Shown here piece by piece: positions 38,286 through 50,771 of a DNA stretch of 64,000 nucleotides. The DNA lies in NCBI GenBank assembly GCA_052327205.1, contig CM126202.1:422592001-422656000 (forward strand). Reading direction: 5' to 3'. This stretch comes from Somniosus microcephalus (taxonomy: Eukaryota). The notes beneath the pieces were generated by a model. It was not told the origin of the DNA. It did no database searches and was given only the letters and a program-made list of their open reading frames with translations. How positions within the stretch are numbered: the stretch's first letter is position 1; the number at the start of each line of letters is the position of its first letter. The position numbers and the translations under genes were made by a program.

Positions 38286-39764
38286 TACATGCAGAAGTTC
38301 AGTAGAAAGAAATACTGTGCTTTCTTTAGCCTATCATTGCAGGTGCACTTGAGTTCCAGCATTTTCTATTTTTATTTCAGATTTACAACATTTATAGTTT
38401 TTCTTTTTATCTTTACCACTATATCCAAGGAGTTGCATTGAACAATGATCATACACATTTTTGCTAAAACTAGTGTTTTTGGCTCAGAATCTGTTAGCGT
38501 CCAATCAAACCGGCATGTAAATCACAGGTTTGTTTAAGTAACGTTTGATTTTTGTTTCAGACGTGCGGTCTATCGACACATTGAAAGGGTCATGAAGGAC
38601 AAAAGAATGTATTTATGTAATCAGCATAATTCTTTGAAGGCAAAATACTTTTTAATTTCACAAAACAATGTACATATACTAAACAGTGCAATGATGATAC
38701 AATGGTGTAAATGGCTGAAAGATAAGCATGTGCATTGCAGAAACACAGCCGGAGAGACATGGAGCAAAAAGGATGAGCCTGTTACCATAACTATGTCTGA
38801 CCAAACTGCAATTCCCTTTGTTCTTGTTGCTTCACCCCAAAGTTCTCTTTTTCCTCTTCTGTCTACCTGAAAATAATTGGAATTCCAGCGCTTGACCATT
38901 TTGTCAGATCATTGCAGCAAGAGGAAACCTACCTATTTTTTTTCCAGTTTAAAATAATTATTTAGGTAAGCAAAATCACCTGCCAGGTTCTGCTTGAATC
39001 TGATTAGTGACGACCGGCATCATTTAATCAGTGATCATTCAAAAAGGTAGCATTGTTTAGAATGTCTCATTTGCAAGCATGCAGTTCCTGAACAAAACAA
39101 ATTAGTCTCTCGTCAGTATTCTGCCTGGCGGAGGCCTGTGAGCAGCTGTTTTCTTGTTAAAAAGGGCTTTTTTTCAAAGATTTTGAACAGTGTAGTCTTC
39201 AAATAGAAGCTCCTTTGAAGATAATACCGTTGCTATTGGCAACAGGGTAATCTTCTCAAGATCTTATCATTTTACTGCTGACACTTCGACCCCTTATAGG
39301 CTGAAGAGTCAGGCAGTTGGGGATCTTCTATGTGGTGCCCTTTTGTGGAGATATTGGAATACATCTAGAATCATTAATGGAGAATTTCTTCCCAATGTGG
39401 GGGTGGGGAGGAAAAACACACAGATTTGGCTTCCAAGGAAGTGCTTGTTCATAGGATGTTGGGTCTGTGATTCGAACAACCCAGCACAAATTTAGCACAA
39501 TAATTAGCCTTAATTGTTTCTTGAGGAGATTTTTTTTTTTACTTTTCACGAAGATCAGTGAGCCCTGAGCATCGAAGTATACAATGCAGTGTCCTTGCAA
39601 CTTGTTATTTTTCATCTATTTTCCATAAATTCCTCCCTCCCCTCTCCTGCTTCCGTTCCTCTCCTAAAGGTCATGACTTCTACATGATTTGTGGTTCCAC
39701 GGATGTCGAATGTCATCTACCACCTCCCCCAGGTGGCTATTCTTCAAGTGTTAGTCTAGACAGT

Positions 39765-40400
39765 GAGGCTGGGATTTTAACCCCCCTCGCCCAGCCAGGA
39801 TGGTGCATGGGCGGGGTTAAAATTTGAAAATTCTATCGCCTGGCTGCAACCGGCCGCTCTTCCTGGATGCCGTGATTTTTATGACGGTCAGTCATGTCAT
39901 GAACAAGGCTCCCACTACAGGCAGGCAGGGGCCTACTTAATATTCAAAAGTTGCGGCCTAATGACGTAATCGGCGCCACAACATAATATTAACCTGAAGG
40001 CAGGGTGAGTCCCCCACTGTCTGCAACCCGGCAGGAGAGCCACGGCGAGAGGAAGCGACTGGCCAGAAGAAGGAAAGACTTTAAAGTAAGACTATTAAAA
40101 ATTACTCTGTTGCAACTCCTTGTGGGCCAGGAAGAGCAGGAGTGCTCCCCCCAGGTCCTGCAAGGAGTCCTTGAGCCTCCCCAGCTCCAGTTACCCGCCC
40201 CCCGCACCACCGATCTCTAATCACCCTCAAAGACCCTAGACCCAGCCTCCCCCATTTCTCCGATTAACCCCAAGATCCCTCGTCCCACTGACTGCTGGGG
40301 ATTGTTTCCACGGGACCAGGGCTGCGGCCTCCTGCCGCCAAATTGCTGCTCCCGCCCGCCGACCAGATAGTGAATCTAGCCAAGTGTCGGGCAGGACTCC
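39765..40400. mobile_element. Partial Harbinger-type MITE
   Basis: Begins GGGATTTTAACCCC with repeated TTTTAAC/GTTAAAA motifs shared with other MITEs in the window; second TIR not found. Confidence 0.55.
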
Positions 40401-40733
40401 GGAAGCTTTTCTTTAAATTACAAAAAGAGGTTATGTTATATAAATTACATACCTTGTGCAAACTCTATTCATACAAGAAAATATAATATAAATGTTTTCA
40501 GATTTTGCTTTCACCTCAGGCATTTAGAAAGATTGATACATTAAAAACTATATAGGTTATTGCTCTGTTGGGCATTGAATCATAACAGCACAGAAGGAGG
40601 TCATTCGGCCTATCGAGTCCGTGCTGGCTCTCTGTAGCGCAATCCAGTCAGTCCCATTCCCCCGCTCTATCCCCGTAGCCCTGCAAGTTTATTTCCCTCA
40701 AGTGTCTATCCAGTCTCCCCTTCAAAACATTGA

Positions 40734-41783
40734 GGGGGACAAATTGTGCCCTGTATCTCCAGTAGTGCCACAGAAAAATTAGCGCCCCCGCGGCCGAAAT
40801 TGAGTGGTAGCGCCCCAAGAGGGAAGCGGACGCTAATGGAAGCACCCCGCCTCCCTCTTGGGGCGCTGCGAGGGAATATCGCGGTACCATGCGCTGCGGC
40901 ATGTCGCGTCGCGGTATTGCAGGCCTTCCTCCCCTTCAGGGGGGGCACGGTGGCATAGTGGTTAGCACTGTTGCCTCACAGCGCCAGGGACCCGGGTTCA
41001 AATCTGGCCTCGGGCGACCGTCTGTGTGGAGTTTGCACATTCTCCCTGTGTCTGTGTGGGTTTCCTCCGGGTGCTCCGGTTTCCTCCCACAGTCCAAAGA
41101 TGTGCAGGTTAGGTTGATTTGGCTATGATAAATTGACCCTTAGTGTTAGGGGATTAAATACGTGGGGTTACGGGGATAGGGTGGGATATGTGTCGGTGCA
41201 GGCTCGATGGGCCGAAATGGCCTCTATCTGCACTGTAGATTCTGTGATTCATAAAGGGGAGGGGCCTTGCGCAGCGTGACCCGGGGCCCAGCTGGGCCAC
41301 CGGGGATCGGAGTGCAGGCAAAAGAGCCCGGCACTCAAGAGAAGTGCCGGGCTCGTGCAGCGCAGCCAGCACTCCGCGGGGGGTGGGGTGCGGGTCAGGA
41401 GGCCAGGGACGGGAGCGGAAGCAGGTGCTGGCAGGCGGCCAGCAACAAAAATGGCCACCCAGCACCTTGCCTTTAAATAGCGCCACCCCGGCCGCAGGTA
41501 GGCCCCCCCGCCCCAACCCCGTCGGACACAGCGTCCGGCGGTAAGTCAGGGGGCGCTACCGAAGATCGTGGCCGGGGCGCCGTGCATGGTGATGACATCA
41601 TCACTGGCGGCGCAGCTCTGCAGGGCGCTAACAGTTAGCGCCGCCGCTAACCTCCCGCTGAATTCCGCGGGAGGCATTGGCGGCGCCATGCCTGGGCGCT
41701 AGTTGTTTTGCGCTCCGTTAGCGCCCTCTTAGGGCCCTCTTAGGGTGCTAACGGGAGGCGCAAAGCAACCAAATTTTTCCTCC
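40734..41783. mobile_element. Harbinger-type MITE
   Basis: TIR GGGGGACAAATT / AATTTTTCCTCC and a 3-bp TSD TGA that restores the CR1 sequence. Confidence 0.9.
40940..41251 (+). mobile_element. tRNA-derived SINE (HE1/V-SINE type) nested in the MITE
   Basis: A box TGGCATAGTGG, B box GGTTCAAATC, V-domain-like core and CR1-like tail. Confidence 0.92.
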
Positions 41784-43213
41784 TGAGTGTCTCCGCTTCC
41801 ATCACTTCCGTCGGCAACGAGTTTCAGGACCGCACCACTCACTGCGTAAAAAAGTTTTTCCTCACGTCCCCCCTGTATATCTTGCCCAAAACCTTAAATC
41901 TGTGTCCCCTAGTCCTTGTACCATCAACTAGTGGGAACAGCCTTTCCCCATCATAATCTTGTACACCTCTATCAAATCACCCCTCAACCTCCTTTGCTCT
42001 AATGAAAACAAATCCAGCTTCTCCAACCTGTCCTTGTAGCTAAGATCCCCCATCCCCGGAACCATTCTGGTAAATCTCCTCTGCACCCTCTCAAGTGCCT
42101 TCACATCCTTCCTAAAGTGTGGTGACCAGAACTGGATGCAATACTCCAGTTGTGGCCTAACCAGCGCTTTATAAAGGTTCAGCATAACTTCTCTACTTTT
42201 GTACTCAATATCTCTATTTATGAAGCCCAAGATCCCATAAGCTTTGCTAACCACTTTCTCAATATGTCCCGCCACCTTCAGGGACCTATGCACATTTACT
42301 CCCAGGTCCCTCTGTCCCTGCACACTCTTTAAAACAGTGCCATTAAGTGTATATTGCCTCTCCCTGTTCCTTCTGCCAAAATGCATCACCTCTAACTTCT
42401 CTGTATTAAATTCCATCTGCCACTTGTCTGCCCATTCTACTAGCCTTTCTATGTCCTGTTGCAGCAGATTGATATCACCCTCGCTGTTTGCCGTCCCCCC
42501 AAGTTTGGTGTCATCGGAAAATTTAGAAATTCTACTCTGTATTCCAATATCCAGGTCATTTATATATATCAAAAAAAGCAGTGGCCCCAGCATTGACCCT
42601 TGGGGAACACCACTGTCTACCATCCTCCAGTCTGAAAAACAGCCATTTATCACAACTCGCTGTTTTCTGTCCTTAAGCCAATTCCTTATCCAAGCTGCCA
42701 CTGACCCACCTATTCCATGAGCCTCAATTTGCAACTCTTATCATTCATGATATTCCAGAATTCAAATTCTTCAGTTACTACAAAGATTTGAATAATTAAT
42801 TTCAGAGAAAGGATCTAGGTGAGATGTTTTCGGGTTCAAAGTGTAGAAGGATAGATCTAGCGCTGAATTTCAGTTATATAAAAACTTACAACATTTGTTC
42901 AAGTTTAGAACAATCACTGGCTGAATAAATGCACCATCCAAGGCAAAGCAGCCCACTTGATTGGCACCCCATCCACCACCTTAAACATTCACTCCCTCCA
43001 CCACCGGCGCACTGTGGCTGCAGTGTGTACCATCTACAAGATGCACTGCAGCAACTCGCCAAGGCTTCTTCGGCAGCACCTCGCAAACCCGCGACTTCTA
43101 CCACCTAGAAGGACAAGGGCAGCAGGTGCATGGGAACACCACCACCTCCAAGTTCCCCTCCAAGTCACACACCATCCTGACTTGGAAGTATATCGCCGGT
43201 CCTTCATCGTCGC

Positions 43214-46200
43214 TGACGTAATAAAACTCACTACGCACTTGGTTTGAGCATAAAGCAAGGCTTTAATCAACTTGTTTCAGAACATGGAGGTCTAGTTGTA
43301 CTTCACTAGTTCCTTGTCTTACAAAATGTCCCTGGCAAGCTGGGCCCACACCCGAGTATTTATACTCCTTGGACGGCGCCACCAGCTGGCCGTCCAGCAT
43401 TATTTCATGAGTAGTTTCTTGATGAATGATGAGATTTATAACATTTTTCCTGTCTAAAAGATTTGGAAGTCTGACAACTTCCTCTTAGCGGATTAGGCGG
43501 ACCACGAATAGCCGCAGTCTTTTAGATTTTTGTTTATGGCTAGAAGGCATGTCTCCCCGGATCGTGTCTTGGTCCCTGGGCTGCTTGATCCATACCGGTG
43601 GATTGACAGGGCCTGTGATGCTCTGATCGACCTGAGGGAGGCTGGGGAATTCGTGACTCGGGGTGCGGGTCCCCACAGGCGCAGAACTGGTTTCATCCTG
43701 TTGGATAGCCGGGGATTGACCGGCGTCCTGGCCTCGGGTGGCCATCCCACGTGGAGCGCTCGGCTCCCAGAGTGGATCTGGTGGGGCAGCTGGCAGATCT
43801 CTCGATGTCCCAGGTAGGGCGTCATCTTTGGGGGAGCGCAGAGTGTCGGCATCATCCCCGAGGGTCCCTCTATCAGTTGGGTCCGTGGAACCGGCCGGAC
43901 AGGGAGCCAGGTCCTGGAGCGAAACGGTGGACTCCCGGCCATCAGGGTACCGCACGTGCGCGTACGTGGGGTTAACGTCCGTGAGTTCTCCCTCGTCAAC
44001 GAGGCGATCATTTTTAGAAGACCGGACGAATCTTTGAAGCAGCACGGGGCTGGGAGCTGCCAACCATGACGGTAGGGACATCCCATGGGTGGAGCGACGC
44101 TGGAAGCTGAAGAATTGCTCATGAGGTGTGACATTGGTAGACGTAGAAAGGAGAGACCTGATGGAATGCAACACGTCAGGGAGCATAGTTTCCCACTGCT
44201 GGTCTGGTAGGTTGCGTGACCTCAGCGCAAGACGAAGAGCGTTCCAAATGATAGCGTTGTATCTCTCAACCTGTCCGTTACCGATGGGATGGTACGGTGT
44301 CGTTTTACTTGTGGCGATTCCCCGTTGGGAGAGATAACTTTTGAGTTCGCTTGACATGAAGGAGGGACCCCGATCAGAGTGGATGAAATTGGCCGTACCA
44401 CAAAGGGAAAAGACTTGATCAAGGCATTTGATCACTGTGGAAGTAAGCATATTGGGACAGGGGAAAGCAAAGGGAAAGCGTGAATATTCGTCCACCATAG
44501 TCAGTAAGTAGGTGTTTCGCGTTGAGGAAGGCAATGACCCTTTAAAGTCAATGCTGAGTCGCTGCATAGGTTGCATAGCGTGTATGAGCGAGCCATCCGA
44601 TGGACGGAAGAATTGCGGTTTTAATTCCACTCAAATTCTACAGGAGCACGCTCTTTTCACAGCTTCCATAGAAAATGGGATATTTTTAGATCGCACAAAG
44701 TGCAACATACGGGTAATGCCAGGATGTCATAAGTCAGTATGAAGATCCGCCAGAGTCGAAGTTGACATAGAAGAGCAGAATGCCCGCGTGAGGGTATCCG
44801 GGACCACATTCTCTTTGCCGGGTCGATAATGTATGGTGTATCCAAAGGCGGCCAATTCCATCCTCCAGAGTTGTATTTTGTTATTCTTGATCTTAGTGCG
44901 TTTCCGGTTATCCAGCATAAAGGCCACGGAGCGCTGATCGGTTATAAGTGTGAAATGGCGACGAGCGAGAAAATGACTCCATTTACGTACCACTTCGATG
45001 ATGGCCGTAGCCTCCTTCTCGACAAGAGGATAATGGAGCTTGCTACCCTGCAAAGTTCTGGACAGAAATGCAACGGGTCGACCACTTTGATTCAAGGTAG
45101 CAGAGATCGCCACATCCGATGCATCGCACTCGACCACGAAAGGAAGATTTTCATCAATTGAACGAAGCGTGGCTTTTTCCAGTTGTCGCTTGAGGAGGTT
45201 GAAAGCTGAAATAGCCGTTGCCTCCAATGGAAATGACTTTGCGTGAAGCAGGGGCTGGATCTTGTCAGAGAAGTGGGGTATCCACTTCGCATAATAGGTG
45301 AACATGCCGAGTGCCCGATGAGGAGAGCTGAGATTCGTAGGGGAGGGAGCTCCTGAAGCAGACGAAGTCGCTCCGGATTCGGTTTGATGACACCGTTGCC
45401 CACCCAATAGCCAAGGATGTTGACTGATGGTACTGATTTCACAGATTTGGACTCATTTAAGGTTAAGTTGCGACAATGGAGAACATCAAAAAATTTCTGG
45501 AGGTTGGCATCATGTTCCTTCTGGTCATGACCAGCAATGGTGATATTATCCAGATATGGAAAAGTGTCTGTTAAGTTCTCCTGTTTGAGTAGGCTATCCA
45601 TTGCCCATTGAAAGACAGCCACCCCATTGGTGACCCCAAATGGAAGGTGACAAAACTGGTAAAGCCGACCATTGGCCTCAAAGGCCGTATACTATTTGTC
45701 AGAGTCCTTTAAAGGTACTTGGTGATATGCGCTCTTTAAATCAAAGGTTGAAAATACCTTGTAGTTAGCAAGGTTATTGACCATGTCATCGATGCGTGGT
45801 AGTGGGTAGGCATCCAGGCCGGTATACTGGTTAATAGTTTGCGAGTAATCGATGCAAAGACATTGCTTGTGTTGCTTCAGAGGATTTTTGACAATAACGA
45901 CTTGAGCCTGCCAGGAAGATGAACATAGCTCAATGATACCGTCAGCTAGAAGGCGAGAGATTTCTGTCTCGATAAAGAATCGATCATCTTGGCGGAAACG
46001 TCGTGATTTAGTGACTATGGGCTTACATCGGGGGGAAAGATTGGCAAACAAGGAGGGCTCGTCGAGCGAAGCCACCGAAAGCGCACAAAACGGTACTTTG
46101 GAAATAGTAAGCTCTGGCTTTGATCCTCCAAACTCGAAAGTGAGTCTTTTGTGTTGTTTCTGGAAATCCTGTCCCAGGAGCACATCACTGCATAGGTTTT

Positions 46201-47789
46201 TGAGCACCCCAAGCCAAGTGGAGAAATAAGTGCGGCCATTGAGAATAAGGTCGACAAAACAAAAGCCGGAAGAATTGGTGGTCAGTGTTGTCAGAGCCAT
46301 TGCAATTTCCCTGTCCGAGAGGTAAATACGCAGTTTTAACTCACTAATGAAGCTGTCAGAGCTGCATGAGTCGATTAGTGCACTCAAAATGTGTCCATTT
46401 ACCAAAACCTTTGTGGCTGCATGGGACAGACTTTGGGGAAAAACAGCTGTGCTTGGAGGAGGGGCAGTTTTACCCTTGACAGCTGTAACCTTAGTAGTGG
46501 TTCTTGGGGGAGGAGCAGTTTTATAGATTGCAGCTGTAACCTTAGTAGTGGCTCTTGGGGGAGGAGCAGTTTTATAGATAGTAGCTGCAAAACTAACAGG
46601 AGCTCTCGACCGGTATACCTTAGAAAAGTGGCCTTTCTTACTAACAGCGGCTCTTGACCTGCATACCTTGGAAAAGTGACCTAATTTGCTGCAACGATTG
46701 CAGGTCGCGTTACGAGCAGGACAAAATTTCCTATAATGGAACGGACCTCCACAGAAGAAACACTTCCTTCCAGATTGCCAAGATGCCGCTAGGGCGGAGT
46801 CATCATCAGTGTATGTTTCTAGGGTAAGGTTGTCATCAGCCGGGTTGGAGTCGTCATCCATGAGGACATCCGCCCGGGGCCTATCGAAAGAGTCACTAAA
46901 AGTGATAGCAGCAGCCCATGCACGTGGTGAAAGATAGGTATCTGCATTCCTCTTTGCTAAGTCCAGAGAACATGCCTGGTCATAGGCAGCCTGTAACTTG
47001 AGGGTTTTATTCTCCAACAGACGCTGACATATGAAGGGAGATGCAATCCCATTAATAAAGGAATCACAAATTAAATCCTCCTGGTACTGCTCAGCTGTAA
47101 CAGCTTTAAGATTACAATCCTTGCTGAGCCTGCGAAGTTTCTGAAGGAATTCGTCAAGTGATTCCCCGGGTTGTTGTCGAGTTGTGGCCAGTAGATGCCG
47201 AGCAAAAATTTCATTTGGGGACTTGACATATAGCTGCTGTAGTATTTGGATAGCGGCGTCATAGTCTACACAGTCTTCGATATAATCAAACACATGAGAG
47301 GATACATAAATAGCAAGCATTCGTAACTTGTTAGGAACATTCTCACCACACTCCTCAAGGAAGTTGCCAAAGGTACGATACCAGTGTTTCCATACCTTAG
47401 CGGCTGTAAGTGAATTTGGGTCCAGGTCGAGACGGGCGGGTCTGAGTAGTTTCTCCATGATGGATCGATTACTTGTCTGAGTTCCCTTCTACGGTTCGAG
47501 TCGTAGCTGGCTGTTCCTGAATCACCCAAAGCGTGGAGTCAATATCAAGTTGATTAAATTGACGTAATAAAATTCACTACGCACTTGGTTTGAGTATAAA
47601 GCAAGGCTTTAATCAACTTGTTTCAGAAGATGGAGGTCTAGTTGTACTTTGCTAGTTCCTTGTCTTACAAAATGTCCCTGGAAAGCTGGGCCCATGCCCG
47701 AGTATTTATACTCCTTGGACGGCGCCACCAGCTGGCCATCCAGTGTTATTTCATGAGTAGTTTCTTGATGAATGATGAGATTTATAACA
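43214..47789 (-). mobile_element. Full-length Gypsy/Ty3 LTR retrotransposon; LTRs 47560-47789 (5') and 43214-43443 (3')
   Basis: 230-bp LTRs with about 11 differences; 5-bp TSD GTCGC; no tRNA-type PBS. Gag resembles that of 30518-34923 (MEKLLRPARLDLDPNS vs MERYLQPERFNADPNS). Confidence 0.97.
43485..47458 (-). pseudogene. Gypsy gag-pol, disrupted
   Basis: CCHC knuckles, LIDSCS, YLDN (mutated YLDD), CDAS and integrase core; several stops and frameshifts. Confidence 0.92.
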
Positions 47790-48934
47790 GTCGCTGTGTC
47801 AAAATCCTGGAACTCCCTCCCTAACTGCAGTATGGGAGTACCTTCACCACATGGACTGCAGTGGTTCAAGAAGGCGGCTCACCACCACCTTCTCAAAGGC
47901 AATTAGGGATGGGCAATAAATGCTGGCCTTGTCAGCGACACCCACATCCCATGAACGAATAAAAAAAAAATTAAGAAATAATCCTATCATTTCTAATAAT
48001 CTTTTCATTTCAAGATCTGACAAAACTCGAACACCTTATATAACAACATTTAGAACAGTTTCATAGGAAAGTTACGTGGTAATTACATCAGAGCATTAAG
48101 AATCCAGGAAAAGGTGGAGGCCATCAATTCTTTAAGGTGTGGCTGCCCAACATCTGAGAATGTGGGATTGAACCATGCAGATAAAGACTGCACTCTAAAA
48201 GTAATTGATTCCGTAAAGTGTTATGAGATGTTCTGATGGGATAAGGTGCATTGTGATTGAAAGTATTTCATCTCTTTTTTACAAACCAGGTAGCTCCCAG
48301 CTTTGATCCCTGATCTGTGCTGAGCTATATGATCTCAGCCAAAGTGGCAGAGAGGATATACAATTGGCCTCAGTGTTCAGGAGTCAGGAGGAGAGAAAAA
48401 AAATCAGCCAACTTTCCTGGCTGCCGGTATCTTTACGCTGTGGCAGGCCTCCAACACCCAGTCCAGGTCGCACTCTCCAGCTAAGCCAGAGAACCTGCCA
48501 AATGATCACAAGGCCAAAAATTCAGACAGGGTCAGGGTGTATCTTTGTGTTGGGCGGAAGTTCCACCATGCCAAAGATGTGTCCCAGTTGCATTAAAGTG
48601 GACAATCTATGCTGTGACGTTCCCCTCACAAGATACTGAAGGGCTCCCAATCCCATAGAGAGAGGACTGAAAAGGAAAGTGGAAGGAGGAATAACAATAA
48701 TGTGCAATAATATCACAGCACTGAAATGGGTTTCCCAAAGGGGAACTTTAGCATGATGTGAGTTCCCCTTTAGAAGAAGTGTTTTTTTTAACTCTTAGGC
48801 AAATGCCAAAGTCAAATTTTAGTGCCACATATGCATAGAGACTTCTTCCTTAACACAGTCACCTCCTCCTTTAATCATCAACAAAATGACCTGTTTCTAT
48901 TTTTCTATGTGTGCATGCGCATGTGTATTTTATT

Positions 48935-49283
48935 CCTGGATTTTAACTGTGACTGGGTTTCTGGTGGAAAACTACACCAGTGAGTTAATTTCCTGCCCGC
49001 CTGTGGCAGAATGAGATCCGGGCGATTTTAACTCACTGCCGCTTCCCGCTCAAGCTACCTAGTTAAAATTGCAGTCAGATCCCTTTGACATCATCAGGGT
49101 CCGTCATGTTTAAAAAGGACCCTATGGCTTTGGGTGGGCATTCTTGCCGCCTGCTCAGTTGAGTAGGTTAAAATTGCAAATCAGTTGGTTCCTGGCGGCT
49201 TCAGGGCGGGTAAGTATCTTGGGTGATTTTAACTGCCCACCTGCCCGGTTACCGCCAGGTAGGTAGGGTTAAAATCATCCCCA
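48935..49283. mobile_element. Harbinger-type MITE
   Basis: GGATTTTAAC ... GTTAAAATCATCCCC termini with internal inverted TTTTAAC motifs. Confidence 0.65.
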
Positions 49284-49284
49284 T

Positions 49285-49562
49285 ATATGTCTGTCTGCCT
49301 CTCACTCTGCCCCTCTGAGTGTATGTTTTCACATGGGCATGCATGCATCTATGTGCGTTTGTGTCTGTCACTGTAAAAGCCGGTTTCTCTCTCTTTCTGT
49401 CCCTCTGTATGTGTCTCTCTCTATCTCTTTAATTGTGTGTATCTGTTTATGTGCACCTCTTTCCTGCTGTATTTCTGGCTCACTGTGTGTCTGTTCCTTT
49501 GTGTGTGCTTCTGTCTCTTTCTGTATGTATGTGTCCTTGTATATGTTTATCCCTTCCCTGTG
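49285..49562. repeat. Degenerate (TG)/(TC) low-complexity tract
   Basis: Alternating TGTG/TCTC runs. Confidence 0.8.
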
Positions 49563-50771
49563 TAGATGAAGTATTTATGGGGCATCTGCCAGTGGTGTTC
49601 AGCTTCCACCAAATGTTGGGAATTTACCCCTCAGCCCAAACCTCCTTTTTGAGGTATATGAAGCAAGATTCTCTCACAAACACAACAGCAAACCACCATA
49701 GGAGAGAGTTACAGGCTAACTTAATAGGGAAGCAGGAGTATATCGCTTTCTTTCCTGAAGTGCTTCAAGAACACCAACCCAATGCAACTCACACCAAGAC
49801 AAGATTGGACAGTCCCTGACCAACTCCCACCCATCCCCACCAGTAGCAACCATCAAAAAACTCCTTGAACCTGAAGCCTGTAACATTACTGTATCAGTAT
49901 GTACAACTATACGACAAGCCATTGGAGTGAAATTCTTCCTGTTGATAATTTTACTGAAAAAGTTAGCACGAGGGCAAATAAGAAATCTTAGCTGAGAAAT
50001 TGCATCACACAGCACCTGTAATGGATGCCTAAGGCCACAAAGTGGCAGGCAGGAAGTGTGCCACCCGCCTTGTTGGGTAAGGACAAACAAGAGGCATCCT
50101 TTGCCCACACCTGAGGCAGGCGTTAGTAATTTTGCATATGGAAATAAGGGGCCTAACACTTGCTTAGAATCATAGAATAGTACAGCACAGAAGGAGGCCA
50201 TTCAGCCCATCGAGTCTGTGCCGGCTCTTTCAAAGAGCAATCCAGTTAGTCCCGTTCCCCCGCTCTTTCCCCAAATCCCTGCAATTTTTTCTCCTTCAAG
50301 TATTTATCCAGTTCCCTTTTGAAGGCTACTATTGAATCTGTATCCACCACCCTATCAGGCAGCGCATTCCAAATCCTAACCACTCGTTGCGGAAAAAAGT
50401 TTTACCTCATGTCACCTCTAGTTCTTTTACCAATCACTTTAAATCTGTGCCCTCTCATTATCGGCCCTTCAGCCATTGGAAAGTTTCTCCTTATTTACTC
50501 TATCTAAACCCCTCATGATTTTAAACACCTCTATCAAATCTCCTCTTAGCCTTCTCTGCTCGAAGGAGAACAATCCCAGCTTCTCCAGTCTATCCATGTA
50601 ACTGCAATCCCTCATCCCTGGAACCATTCTAGTAAATCTCTTCTGTACCCTCTCCAAAGCCTTCACGTCCTTCCTGAAGTGTGGTGCGCAGAATGGGACA
50701 CAATACTCCAGCTGGGGCTGAACTAATGTTTTATAGAGGTTTAGCATAACTTCCTGGCTTTTGTACTCTAT

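Larger units (their letters stand above)
40577..42735 (-). mobile_element. 5'-truncated CR1 LINE (subfamily A) interrupted by a MITE
   Basis: RT ORF at 41928-42734; matches 3403-6582; 3' region split at 40733/41784. Confidence 0.93.
42931..47969 (+). mobile_element. 3' end of poly(A)-tailed LINE (42931-43213 and 47795-47969) hosting a Gypsy
   Basis: Contiguous once the Gypsy and one TSD are removed; ends AATAAA...A10. Confidence 0.88.

Noticed and set aside
40940-41015. tRNA gene
   Set aside because: This is the tRNA-like head of a SINE, followed by SINE core and tail, with a second copy at 1601-1954.
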